From an uncultured Pseudomonadales bacterium (GTDB lineage: Bacteria > Patescibacteriota > Microgenomatia > UBA1400 > UBA12028), in the NCBI GenBank assembly GCA_964509365.1, contig CAZDWN010000002.1, positions 3,701 through 67,700 on the forward strand: a stretch of 64,000 nt of DNA. The letters run 5' to 3'. This document shows, piece by piece, positions 9,242 to 17,872 of this stretch; positions within the stretch are counted from its first letter, which is position 1, and every line of letters starts with the position of its first letter. Under the pieces are notes generated by a model. That model was not told where the DNA came from. It made no database searches and saw only the letters and a list, made by a program, of their open reading frames with translations. A program made the translations under genes and the position numbers.

Positions 9242-9751
9242 ATGAAAGAGCGACCACATCTCAAAGATTTTGTTATTCGATTGGCGAGCGCCGGAATTCT
9301 TATCGCGGTACTCGCTGACTGCTCTCCATCTCAAGTCATTCCGACGGCCGAAGCGACACAAATGACGCCTGAGCGTGTTCCGACGCCCGAGAAACTTATC
9401 GCTCGGTTCGTCCAAACAGAAGCTGGCCAACCTCCCTTGTTGGAACTGCCGGTTGATGCGGTCATGCGCGCTTCCTTTATCTCACCAGATCAAAGTTACA
9501 GCATTTCAGTAGTGAGCTATGCTGGCAAAGATTGGTTTTTGTTTACGAGCAGCAATCCCTTTGCATTGCAGGTCTCGAGCATTGGAGTGTCACCGATTGA
9601 TGTTTCGAGTGCTCCCGCCACGAGTAAGACACGGCCATTCACTTTTTTGTTTGACGCCACAGACGGTTCCAAATTTTTGTTTGATGCCAAGACCGGCGAA
9701 GTGACAGCGGTAGATCCAAGTGTGTTGACGCCTGTCGCTCCACATTTCTAG
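9242..9751 (+). CDS. Secreted/lipoprotein-like hypothetical protein
   Basis: 169 aa with N-terminal hydrophobic segment ending 'AVLADCS' (imperfect lipobox) and a mature Ser/Pro-rich region. Confidence 0.5.
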   Translation: MKERPHLKDFVIRLASAGILIAVLADCSPSQVIPTAEATQMTPERVPTPEKLIARFVQTEAGQPPLLELPVDAVMRASFISPDQSYSISVVSYAGKDWFLFTSSNPFALQVSSIGVSPIDVSSAPATSKTRPFTFLFDATDGSKFLFDAKTGEVTAVDPSVLTPVAPHF

Positions 9752-9766
9752 AGGATGAGGTTTCGC

Positions 9767-9795
9767 TGGAATCAAGCGCAGCTTCATTGTATAAT
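9767..9795 (+). promoter_or_regulatory. Candidate promoter for tRNA-Gly (TATAAT at 9790..9795, weak -35 TGGAAT about 17 bp upstream)
   Basis: Perfect -10 hexamer 18 nt upstream of the tRNA 5' end. The -35 is poor. Confidence 0.3.
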
Positions 9796-9813
9796 AGTGG
9801 TCCTGAGTGATTT

Positions 9814-9887
9814 GCGGCTATGGTTCAGTGGTAGAACACGTCCTTGCCAAGGACGAAATGCGGGTTCGATTCCCGCTAGCCGCTCCA
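9814..9887 (+). tRNA. tRNA-Gly (anticodon GCC), CCA encoded
   Basis: Manual fold: acceptor GCGGCTA/TAGCCGC, D-arm, anticodon stem CGTCC/GGACG with loop TTGCCAA (GCC), T-arm GCGGG-TTCGATT-CCCGC, discriminator T, CCA. Confidence 0.9.
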
Positions 9888-9999
9888 AATGTACACGACG
9901 TATGTACTAAAAAATACTTCTTCTGGTCGCCATTACATCGGATCGACCAACGATTTACCCCGGAGATTGAGTGAGCACAACCGAAGTTTGGTGAGAATA

Positions 10000-10317
10000 C
10001 TACTCTTGAGTATCTTCATTTCCCGATAGGCTTTCCTGCATGTAACGATAGACAATTGAAATAACTTCACGGATATCGTCATTCGCATTTTTGTATGCAA
10101 GCTTATCAAAAGCGACATCCCTGAGTTCTCGAATTGGATCACTAATTAACGCATGGATAAAAGACTGTGTGGCTCCACTTATACCCTTAAAATCTAGAAT
10201 AACTTCGTCACCACTTGATAAGGCTGGCATAATTTCTTCAATTCTCAACTTCTTTGCGATGTCTTTGTTTTCTGCGAATTCTCCAACTATTTTTTTCATT
10301 TTGATACTTTTCTTCAT
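10000..10317 (-). CDS. STAS-like (DUF4325-like) small protein, partner of the upstream GHKL ATPase
   Basis: 105 aa. 'EVILDFKGISGATQSFIHALI' resembles STAS/anti-sigma-antagonist-like DUF4325 as I recall it. ATGA start/stop overlap with the ATPase gene. A+T-rich. Confidence 0.55.
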   Translation of the reverse strand: MKKSIKMKKIVGEFAENKDIAKKLRIEEIMPALSSGDEVILDFKGISGATQSFIHALISDPIRELRDVAFDKLAYKNANDDIREVISIVYRYMQESLSGNEDTQE

Positions 10318-11282
10318 ATAAATCTTGGCTCTTTATAGGTTCCTTTTTTTCGTTCTCGAATGGCTTTATCATATACTTCACCAATGCTTGATAGCAGTTG
10401 ATTAAGTTCTGGTGTCTCATCGAGTGAAATATCTACTGCTACTAATGTTCCTTGAAAACTTGGAGCAGTGTTTGTCTTACTATGTAGATCGCGAGTTGGA
10501 TCTGCATACAATCTGGGTGCAACTTTGACTCGTTTATCATGTTTTAACAATGTATATTCTCCGGTACCGCTATAGATGACAAAATAGTTGCGTGTAGTCT
10601 TGGCAATAGATTTAATAAAGAATAAACCTGCTCCTGCATTTTCTGCAGTTCCTCCTTCTTTGCGAGTTGTCCCAGTAATCCCTGGAGTTAAAGCTAGTTT
10701 AATTGCTTCGATATCATTTTTAGGATGCCAGTACGTATTCATACTCTTCCAGATTCCTATACCTGTATCACAAATTCCTATGCTGACACGATTCGTTTTT
10801 TTGTAATACTGAGCAGCAACAATGGCTCCATTCTTTGCAAATGAATGTTCTAATACGTTTCTCACCAATTCGCCAATGATATATTTCACTACTACAGCAT
10901 TTTCTTCAGATAAATGGAGAAGTGGAATCATGTCAGTAATAAACGTAGACTGATCTTCGGCAGTTTTTATAACTTTAATCGGAACAAATCTACCCGCTTC
11001 CTCCTTTTTATGATATGAAAATGGAGAAGAAGTACTGGTGAGGTCATACAACCCCATCCTATCTAAGTAGAGGCCAGTATCAGGAACTTCTCCAATAATT
11101 TCAGAGTTTATCTTCCCCACCTGAATTGCTAAAGCAGCAGCCAAAACAAGATTTGCGGGATGAACTGTGACCCACTTATCATGTGTTGATATCTGGAGCT
11201 TTTCAGGCTCAGATAATTCAAGTGATTCAGCAAAACCTCTGAAATTTCTTAAATTGCCTTGATTTGACAAATGTATCTTCAT
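10314..11282 (-). CDS. GHKL-superfamily (histidine-kinase-like) ATPase with ~120-aa N-terminal domain of unknown function
   Basis: 322 aa. N-box 'ELVRNVLEHS', G1 'GICDTGIGI', G2 'GAGLFFIKS'. No HisKA/phospho-acceptor domain and no TM. Confidence 0.7.
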   Translation of the reverse strand: MKIHLSNQGNLRNFRGFAESLELSEPEKLQISTHDKWVTVHPANLVLAAALAIQVGKINSEIIGEVPDTGLYLDRMGLYDLTSTSSPFSYHKKEEAGRFVPIKVIKTAEDQSTFITDMIPLLHLSEENAVVVKYIIGELVRNVLEHSFAKNGAIVAAQYYKKTNRVSIGICDTGIGIWKSMNTYWHPKNDIEAIKLALTPGITGTTRKEGGTAENAGAGLFFIKSIAKTTRNYFVIYSGTGEYTLLKHDKRVKVAPRLYADPTRDLHSKTNTAPSFQGTLVAVDISLDETPELNQLLSSIGEVYDKAIRERKKGTYKEPRFI

Positions 11283-11292
11283 ACATGAATTC

Positions 11293-11379
11293 TACCCGTA
11301 GAGCGTGTTTATGTCAATACACGCTCTACGGGGTGATTTTTGCCCGTAGAGCGTGTTTTCTCGAGAAGACGTTCTACGG
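11293..11379. promoter_or_regulatory. Twin palindromes sharing arm CCCGTAGAGCGTGT in the divergent promoter region of the GHKL-STAS operon and the 11424 membrane gene
   Basis: Palindrome 1: CCCGTAGAGCGTGT-N10-ACACGCTCTACGGG (11293..11330), followed by TGATTTTTG. Palindrome 2: 39-nt imperfect palindrome 11341..11379 centred on CTCGAG. Read directly from the sequence. Confidence 0.5.
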
Positions 11380-11423
11380 GGAGAGATGCTGTCGTGGCGG
11401 GAAAATGAGAGTTTTTCCACCAA

Positions 11424-11993
11424 TTGAATGATTTTTGGAACTTCTTCCGACTATTGTCATGCATGGGAATTCGAATCGAAGCACGAAAGCGAATCGTATT
11501 TTTGACGGTACTTACACTACTGTGCATTGCTACTTGGCTGTACACATTTTTTGGTCCGATGTCGATGAACTCGATTTCGTCTGGATCGCTTTTGCCTTTT
11601 CTTTATCTTCGTCTTGGTGCGTTCCTCGTTGGATTTTCTTCTGGCATCCTTGCCCTCATTTCATTCATTTGGGACCAGCGCTACTCGGCACGAAGACTAT
11701 ATTTCTTCCAATTTCTATCAATTACTGCAGGTGTACTTAGCTTGCTGACATTGTTTACTTACATTCCAGTTACCAATTCTTTTCTGTACACCAAGGTTGT
11801 AGCCACTGAAGTTGTTGGAATACTTCTCGCTTTGCTTAGCTTGCTCATGCTTCCTTTCGGTCTCACTGTTGCTGCTCAGCGCAGACAGTCACTTATCCTC
11901 GCTATTTTGAATTGCCTCGTATTATCCCCATATATCTTTTGGGGAGCAATTCTGCTTTTTCTCCTAGGTATTGGATTTGGGCCACCATCGTGA
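11424..11993 (+). CDS. Hypothetical polytopic membrane protein
   Basis: 189 aa, 5-6 hydrophobic helices. No recognisable family. Confidence 0.55.
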   Translation: MNDFWNFFRLLSCMGIRIEARKRIVFLTVLTLLCIATWLYTFFGPMSMNSISSGSLLPFLYLRLGAFLVGFSSGILALISFIWDQRYSARRLYFFQFLSITAGVLSLLTLFTYIPVTNSFLYTKVVATEVVGILLALLSLLMLPFGLTVAAQRRQSLILAILNCLVLSPYIFWGAILLFLLGIGFGPPS

Positions 11994-12008
11994 TGCTATA
12001 CTTTCACC

Positions 12009-12734
12009 ATGTTTACCTACGACCAAGTATTTGCAAACAAACAAAAAATACTCATAGTCTCTGCGCATCCTGATGACTCGATCGTGTTTTTTGGCTCACT
12101 GATGGCAAGACTTACCAGCGAGAAAAAGGATGTGTACGTCCTCCTGGTGACCAATGGTGCCCGCGGCAGTCGCGACAATGAGATCTCCGAAGAGAAATTA
12201 GCCAAGCAACGTCTTGAAGAAGAGACCGCAGCGCTCGCCGCTGTCGGTGTATCAAAAGACCACATGTTTTGTTTGGGACATGCCGATGGCGAGGTGGAAA
12301 GTGATCTGCCATTTATCGGTGAGATCGCGAAATACATTCGCATGCTCAAGGTGGATATCGTTTGTACGCATGAGCCAAGTAATTTGTATCAGCAAAGTTA
12401 CGACAAGACTGGATACTTTGTCCAGCATCGAGATCACCGCAAAGTTGGCGAAGCAGTGATCGATGCGGTGTATCCATTCTCCCGTGATCGATCATTCTTC
12501 ACCGAGCACTATGCCGAAGGGCTTGAGCCACACTCGGTCTATGATATTTTGCTGACCGATGAAAAAGCGAGTAATTTTGATATGGATGTCACTGACCTTC
12601 AAGATGCGAAGCGTGCAGCACTTCGCGCTCACAAGAGTCAGTTTGATGAAAATTCTGTAGAGGAAGTGCTCAATTCGTTCAAAGACGGAGATCGTTTTTA
12701 CGAGAAGTTCAATTACTTACATTTAAACTGGTAG
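12009..12734 (+). CDS. PIG-L/LmbE-family N-acetylglucosaminyl deacetylase
   Basis: 'ILIVSAHPDDSIVFFG' zinc-binding motif near the N-terminus and 'HxDH' region typical of PIG-L family. Confidence 0.8.
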   Translation: MFTYDQVFANKQKILIVSAHPDDSIVFFGSLMARLTSEKKDVYVLLVTNGARGSRDNEISEEKLAKQRLEEETAALAAVGVSKDHMFCLGHADGEVESDLPFIGEIAKYIRMLKVDIVCTHEPSNLYQQSYDKTGYFVQHRDHRKVGEAVIDAVYPFSRDRSFFTEHYAEGLEPHSVYDILLTDEKASNFDMDVTDLQDAKRAALRAHKSQFDENSVEEVLNSFKDGDRFYEKFNYLHLNW

Positions 12735-13590
12735 ACAGGAAACCCAATACTTTTTCCTCAAACTCTTTCTTGTGAGCGGAGTAGACATCGTGAGGACTGT
12801 CCACCACCCAGAGCTCCTTTGGCTCGTTTGCTTTCTCATAGAGTAGCTTCGCATCCTTACGGTGGACTTCCGCATCTTGTGTCGCGCTGATCAGGAGGAT
12901 CGGCACATGCATTTTTCCGATGACGGCACTTGGGATCGCTTCACGATAGGCACTCCCGAGTTCTAGATATCCAGCGAGCTTCATCATCGGATGGATGATA
13001 GCGACCGGAAAACCTGCTGCTTGGATCTGAAAGTGATAGAGCGAATCCAGATCCGCGTATGGCACACTCGCGATCACAAAATCACCAGTGCCAGTCTTCC
13101 CTGCCGTCACGATAGACGTCGCTGCTCCCATCGAAATCCCTAGATATCCGATCTTTTTCCCAGCGTTTTCTGGCAATGATTTCATTTGCTCATAGACCGC
13201 TTCGACGTCTTGCCATTCTTTCGTCCCAAGTCCGATGTGATTCCCATCGCTCTCGCCAAAAGAGCGCAAATCCAAAATCGCTGTCGAGTACCCTGCTGCC
13301 TTCAGATATTCGACATGCCACAGCATCTGTGACTTCCCTCCTGGGTCACTATAGCCATGGACGAGGATGACGACTGCTTTCGGATCTGGCACCGGAAAAT
13401 ATTGATAGGCGATCTTGAAGCCATCTCTTGTCGTCACGTAGGCTGTGACTGCTCCTCGCGATGACTCAGTTTGGACGTCATCTTCTCGCGCATGAAGTGC
13501 CAATTTTGCGTGGAGTCGATACCAGGTGTAGAAAAACAGTACGATGATCGCAAGCAAGAAAATGGAGAAGATAAAGCCAAGTATTTTCAT
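12709..13590 (-). CDS. Membrane-anchored alpha/beta hydrolase
   Basis: N-terminal TM. 'VILVHGYSDPGG' and nucleophile elbow 'GISMGAATS'. Confidence 0.75.
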   Translation of the reverse strand: MKILGFIFSIFLLAIIVLFFYTWYRLHAKLALHAREDDVQTESSRGAVTAYVTTRDGFKIAYQYFPVPDPKAVVILVHGYSDPGGKSQMLWHVEYLKAAGYSTAILDLRSFGESDGNHIGLGTKEWQDVEAVYEQMKSLPENAGKKIGYLGISMGAATSIVTAGKTGTGDFVIASVPYADLDSLYHFQIQAAGFPVAIIHPMMKLAGYLELGSAYREAIPSAVIGKMHVPILLISATQDAEVHRKDAKLLYEKANEPKELWVVDSPHDVYSAHKKEFEEKVLGFLSTSLNVSN

Positions 13591-13635
13591 CTGAAAGATC
13601 AGTATAGCAAAGCGCTTGCTATACTATACGGACTA

Positions 13636-14412
13636 ATGACAAATTTCTCCCTTATACAAAAATATGTTGAGCTACAGACCGATATCATGTTTGATATCGT
13701 CACCGATCTTGACTACGCGATCTTGACGCACTCGACTGAAGATAAATCTCACTACTGGAACTATGCCCTGGTGAATGAAGTCCTCTCACCGTTGCAAATG
13801 AGCGGCGTCGAGCAACGGATGAACCAAAGCCAACGACCACCGGCTTTTTACTTTGAGAACACTGACAAGTTATCAGATCTTGCGATCGCACTCAAACAGC
13901 GTGGGTACAAACAAGCTGGTGAGGTCTCCTGGATGTTCTACACGAGCGCTCCGATCGACGAGTCAAAGTTTGGGATGGTCAAGAAAGTGGAAAATACTGG
14001 CGATCTGGAGGTCTATTTGCAGACATTTAATTTGTGCTATCAGAAAAATGATCCGACGAATCCATATGGTGAGCTAGGTGAATATCTTGAGGCAGCACGT
14101 CAAACGTGGATAAAGCATCATGCATCAAGTAGAGTGGAATATTTTTTGGTGTACAACGGATCTTCAGCTGTTGCAGTTAGTGCTCTGACAAACTATCAAG
14201 GAATTGGATATATTTCAAATGTTGGCTCGCTGATGAGCGTCCGTGGCCAAGGGTACGGCAAGCTGGCCACCATGTATGCCGTGAAGCAATCGCTACTTCA
14301 GAATAATAAGACGACATTTTTGTTGACCGAAGACGGCACAAACCCCAATCGCTTTTACACAGCACTTGGATTTGAGACGAAATTTACTGCCAGGCTCATG
14401 CTCAAACAATAA
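13636..14412 (+). CDS. GNAT-family N-acetyltransferase (C-terminal domain)
   Basis: 'VRGQGYGKLATMYAVKQSL...FYTALGFE' acetyl-CoA binding motif. Start moved to first ATG not overlapping the convergent hydrolase. The longer 13471 start is possible. Confidence 0.6.
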   Translation: MTNFSLIQKYVELQTDIMFDIVTDLDYAILTHSTEDKSHYWNYALVNEVLSPLQMSGVEQRMNQSQRPPAFYFENTDKLSDLAIALKQRGYKQAGEVSWMFYTSAPIDESKFGMVKKVENTGDLEVYLQTFNLCYQKNDPTNPYGELGEYLEAARQTWIKHHASSRVEYFLVYNGSSAVAVSALTNYQGIGYISNVGSLMSVRGQGYGKLATMYAVKQSLLQNNKTTFLLTEDGTNPNRFYTALGFETKFTARLMLKQ

Positions 14413-14416
14413 AAAT

Positions 14417-15325
14417 ATGAAAGACTCATCGAATACTATTAAGGGCACTTCGCTGATCTTAATTTCCGCGTTGATGTATGGCTTATATGGATTGTTTGCC
14501 AAATATCTCGAGCACTATGATATTTTGTTCCAGACGTACGTAAGATGCCTCTTCGTTGGGGGTATTCTCGCTGTGTACGGACTTTATACCCATAAGCTGA
14601 AAAGGATTCAACGAGCCGACTGGTACTGGTTTTGCGTCATCTTCGCTTTTACGTCATTTAGTATCGCGCCGATAATGTACTCATTCAGATTTTTGACATT
14701 AGGCACTTCATCGTTTATTTTTTATGCTTCACTCACGATCTTTTCTTATGTATTTGGATTTCTGTTTTTCAAAGAAAAAATGAGCATCGTAAAGATTGCA
14801 TCACTATTTTTTGCAATCATAGGAATGTTTCTCGTATTTTCACTGAACATCACATATCAGCTACTTTTTCCAGCGCTCATGGCAGTGCTAAACGGACTCG
14901 CCTCAAGTGGAGAAGTTGTTTTTTCGAAGAAAATTTCAGAAAAATACTCTAGCGTGCAGATAACCATGCTGGTTTTCTTCATCATTGCCGCATCACACTT
15001 TTTACTGTCATTGTATCTCGGCGAAAGGCAGGATTTAGCGCTTGTGACTACTTCACTTCCCACGCTACTTATGTTTGTGTTTGCCGCAATCATTGGCATG
15101 GTGGCGGTGGTGGAAGGTTATAAATATGTAGAGCCAAGTATAGGGTCGCTGATAGGTTTAATGGAAATTGTCTTTAGTGCAGTCATAGGAATCATAGTGT
15201 TTCATGAATCAATGACATTCACGAGCGCTCTAGGTGGTGTTTGCATTATATTTGCCGCAGGAATCCCAAGCCTGAGCAAAATTTTGCGAGAAAAATATGC
15301 CAAACGTACGTCAATGAATTCATGA
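14417..15325 (+). CDS. EamA/DMT-family transporter
   Basis: Ten predicted TM helices in two 5-TM halves. Start placed at ATG 14417 just after the GNAT stop. Confidence 0.7.
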   Translation: MKDSSNTIKGTSLILISALMYGLYGLFAKYLEHYDILFQTYVRCLFVGGILAVYGLYTHKLKRIQRADWYWFCVIFAFTSFSIAPIMYSFRFLTLGTSSFIFYASLTIFSYVFGFLFFKEKMSIVKIASLFFAIIGMFLVFSLNITYQLLFPALMAVLNGLASSGEVVFSKKISEKYSSVQITMLVFFIIAASHFLLSLYLGERQDLALVTTSLPTLLMFVFAAIIGMVAVVEGYKYVEPSIGSLIGLMEIVFSAVIGIIVFHESMTFTSALGGVCIIFAAGIPSLSKILREKYAKRTSMNS

Positions 15326-15338
15326 CCACTGCTCTGTG

Positions 15339-16565
15339 CTACTCCGTGTGCAATGCTTTGACGACTTTGTCGACAGCGACAGCATACGCTCCCATACGCA
15401 TGGTGACATTGAGCTTCGTCGTCTGTGCGTGACATTGATCAAAAGCGGCAGTGATCGTCTCCTGCAATTTTTTGAGCACATCCTCTTTGTTCCAATGTTC
15501 AACATGTTTATTTTGATACCACTCAAAGTACGAGACGGTGACGCCACCTGAGTTTGCCAAGACATCTGGGACGCTAGTGATCCCACGATTTTTGAGTATG
15601 ACATCTGCTTCCGGAGTGACTGGGCCATTCGCCATCTCGATGATCACTTTCGCTTGGATTTTCTCAGCATTCGCTTCCGTGATCACGGCTTCGAGCGCTG
15701 CCGGGACGAGGACGTCGACATCTAGCATGAGTAAGTCATCTGGCGAGATCTCACTGCATCCATAGCCGCTCAGACTTCCGTGCTCTTTTTTGTATGCGAA
15801 GACTGCTTGTGGATCAAGTCCTTTTGGCTCATACAATGCGACTTTCGAGTCTGACAACGCGACAATCGTATATCCATCTTCCTTTGCTTTCATCGCGAAA
15901 TACGAACCGACATTTCCGATGCCTTGGATCGCGATCGTCGTCCTCGCATGCTCTTTGCCTTGCGCTTCAAACAATCGATTGAGGACATATACTCCGCCAT
16001 ACCCAGTAGCTTCAGTGCGACCTTCACTGCCGCCCTCTTCGATCGCTTTCCCAGTAAAGGATGCAGGCGCTTTGCGTCCAATGGATTTTTCGTATGACTC
16101 ACGCATCCAGTTCATGATGCGGCCATCCGTATTGACGTCTGGAGCTGGTACGTCGATATCTTCACCGATGATGGCAGCAATTTTATCCCCAAATCCACGA
16201 GTGAGATTTTCAAGTTCTGTATTTGAGAGTTTTTTTGGATCGACGATGACGCCGGCCTTGCCTCCCCCAAATGGGATGTCAGCGATCGCACATTTCCAGG
16301 TCATCCACATGGACAGAGCTTTGACTTCAGAGAGACTGACATTTGGATGAAATCGAATCCCGCCTTTGTAGGGACCGCGGGCATTGTTGTGCTGCGAGCG
16401 GTAGCCGGTAAACATCTGTGTGTGGCCATCATCCATGCGCACGGGTATCTGGACAGTGAGGATTCGTTCTGGCTCGAGTAATCGATTGAGATCGTCGGCG
16501 GGAAGATTGATGAGAGAGGCGACTTCTTTGAGTTGGGCTTGCGAAGATGTGAATGGATCGTTCAT
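15339..16565 (-). CDS. gdhA: Glutamate dehydrogenase (Glu/Leu/Phe/Val dehydrogenase family)
   Basis: 408 aa. Catalytic 'KGGIRFHP' lysine motif, 'GGGKAGV', Rossmann 'GIGNVGSY'. Confidence 0.92.
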   Translation of the reverse strand: MNDPFTSSQAQLKEVASLINLPADDLNRLLEPERILTVQIPVRMDDGHTQMFTGYRSQHNNARGPYKGGIRFHPNVSLSEVKALSMWMTWKCAIADIPFGGGKAGVIVDPKKLSNTELENLTRGFGDKIAAIIGEDIDVPAPDVNTDGRIMNWMRESYEKSIGRKAPASFTGKAIEEGGSEGRTEATGYGGVYVLNRLFEAQGKEHARTTIAIQGIGNVGSYFAMKAKEDGYTIVALSDSKVALYEPKGLDPQAVFAYKKEHGSLSGYGCSEISPDDLLMLDVDVLVPAALEAVITEANAEKIQAKVIIEMANGPVTPEADVILKNRGITSVPDVLANSGGVTVSYFEWYQNKHVEHWNKEDVLKKLQETITAAFDQCHAQTTKLNVTMRMGAYAVAVDKVVKALHTE

Positions 16566-16700
16566 ACGAGATACCTCCTCAATAAGGGATCAAGCATACT
16601 CCTAGAGTGATGAATTGTGCAAGGAATTACTTCACGAAAACAAAGACTGCATGCAGACTTGAGGCGTAGCGTATGATGGATCCTACAGTACCCTACTTGT

Positions 16701-17057
16701 ATGATCAATGCCTTTCAAGAAACACGATACCTGGGATGGATGGGGATATTTGTGGTCGGCGACGCCCTCATCATTATCCCGTTTTGGATCCTCCTCACGT
16801 TGATCGCTGTGTTCTTTCATTCCTGGCGCATTTTTGAGCTTGGAGCATCGCTTTTTTGGGTAGTGAGAGGGTTTGGGGAGACGCAATATTGGATCCATGA
16901 GCAGTTTGCTGCCGATCATCGCAATGACCCAAAGAATTTGTTTGGGTATAGTCTAGTCAAGAGTGACGCAATTTGGTTCCTGTATCAGGTATTTTGGCAA
17001 TGTGTGACCGTCCTAGCGCTTCTGAGCTGTTTTCTGATTATTCATACGTATGGATAA
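16701..17057 (+). CDS. Small hypothetical membrane protein
   Basis: 118 aa, three hydrophobic helices. Confidence 0.45.
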   Translation: MINAFQETRYLGWMGIFVVGDALIIIPFWILLTLIAVFFHSWRIFELGASLFWVVRGFGETQYWIHEQFAADHRNDPKNLFGYSLVKSDAIWFLYQVFWQCVTVLALLSCFLIIHTYG

Positions 17058-17121
17058 TCTTATTGTGACTTTTAAATCGAACCAGTATGATTGATCTGAG
17101 AGTGATCAATGTTGTTCGATT

Positions 17122-17811
17122 ATGAAAACAGCTTTAAAAATACAAGCTATTTCCCTTCGACAAGATGGATTGTCCTACAGCGAAATCCTAGCGCAAGTTC
17201 CTGTGGCAAAGTCGACGCTGTCGGCGTGGCTACATTCAGTAGCGCTGGCAAAGCACCAACAACAGCGTTTGTCTGAGAAAAAGCGGCTCTCGGCTCTTCG
17301 AGGCGGAGCAGCTCGCAAAAATGAACGAATTTCAAGACAATCCATCATTATGGAAACAGCCCGAGCAGAAATAGGGCCAATTTCTACTCGTGAGCTTTGG
17401 CTCATGGGGGCTATGCTCTATTGGGCCGAGGGCTCAAAAGAAAAAAAATGGAAAACGGGACGACTCATATCTTTTACGAATTCCGATCCAGCGATGATTC
17501 GAGTTTACCTCGAGTGGGTTAGCATTTGTTTACATGTTCCACTTGAGGATATTGAGTTTGAACTTTATCTGCACGAGTCCCATTCGATTCAAACACATGA
17601 ACACCTTTCATTTTGGACTCAAATCGTAGGAATAGGGTATAATAGGATTGACAGAGTGTATCTGAAGAAAAATATACTCTCCACGAAGCGGAAAAATAGT
17701 AACTCAAATTATCATGGTCAGCTTCGAGTGACTGTAAAGAAAAGTGTTGATTTAAACAGAAAAATCGCTGGTTGGATTGAGGGGATCTGTGCACATTGCC
17801 CTGTCGTCTAA
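17122..17811 (+). CDS. HTH-domain protein with LAGLIDADG-like homing-endonuclease-type core (single motif)
   Basis: N-terminal resolvase-type HTH 'LSYSEILAQVPVAKSTLSAWL'. 'LWLMGAMLYWAEGSKEK...ISFTNSDPAMIRVYLEWV' matches the LAGLIDADG motif plus following beta-strands. A+T-rich. Stop codon lies within tRNA-Gln. Confidence 0.45.
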   Translation: MKTALKIQAISLRQDGLSYSEILAQVPVAKSTLSAWLHSVALAKHQQQRLSEKKRLSALRGGAARKNERISRQSIIMETARAEIGPISTRELWLMGAMLYWAEGSKEKKWKTGRLISFTNSDPAMIRVYLEWVSICLHVPLEDIEFELYLHESHSIQTHEHLSFWTQIVGIGYNRIDRVYLKKNILSTKRKNSNSNYHGQLRVTVKKSVDLNRKIAGWIEGICAHCPVV

Positions 17812-17867
17812 TGGTAGGACTTCAGATTTTGGATCTGAATATTTTGGTTCGAATCCAAGCGGGGCAA
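17797..17867 (+). tRNA. tRNA-Gln (anticodon TTG), no encoded CCA
   Basis: Manual fold: acceptor TGCCCTG/CGGGGCA (one G-U), D-arm GTCT-AATGGTA-GGAC, anticodon stem TCAGA/TCTGA with loop TTTTGGA (TTG), T-arm TTTGG-TTCGAAT-CCAAG. Confidence 0.75.
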
Positions 17868-17872
17868 CATCG

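Noticed and set aside
11293-11340. Hairpin plus T-run read as a rho-independent terminator
   Set aside because: No + strand gene ends upstream (the adjacent gene is on the minus strand and starts here), and an identical-arm second palindrome follows. An operator or structured-RNA interpretation is preferred, though a terminator for read-through from the tRNA-Gly unit is not excluded.
13471-13635. Long N-terminal extension of the GNAT gene
   Set aside because: It would overlap the 5' 120 nt of the convergent alpha/beta-hydrolase gene. An in-frame ATG at 13636 avoids the overlap. The longer form cannot be excluded.
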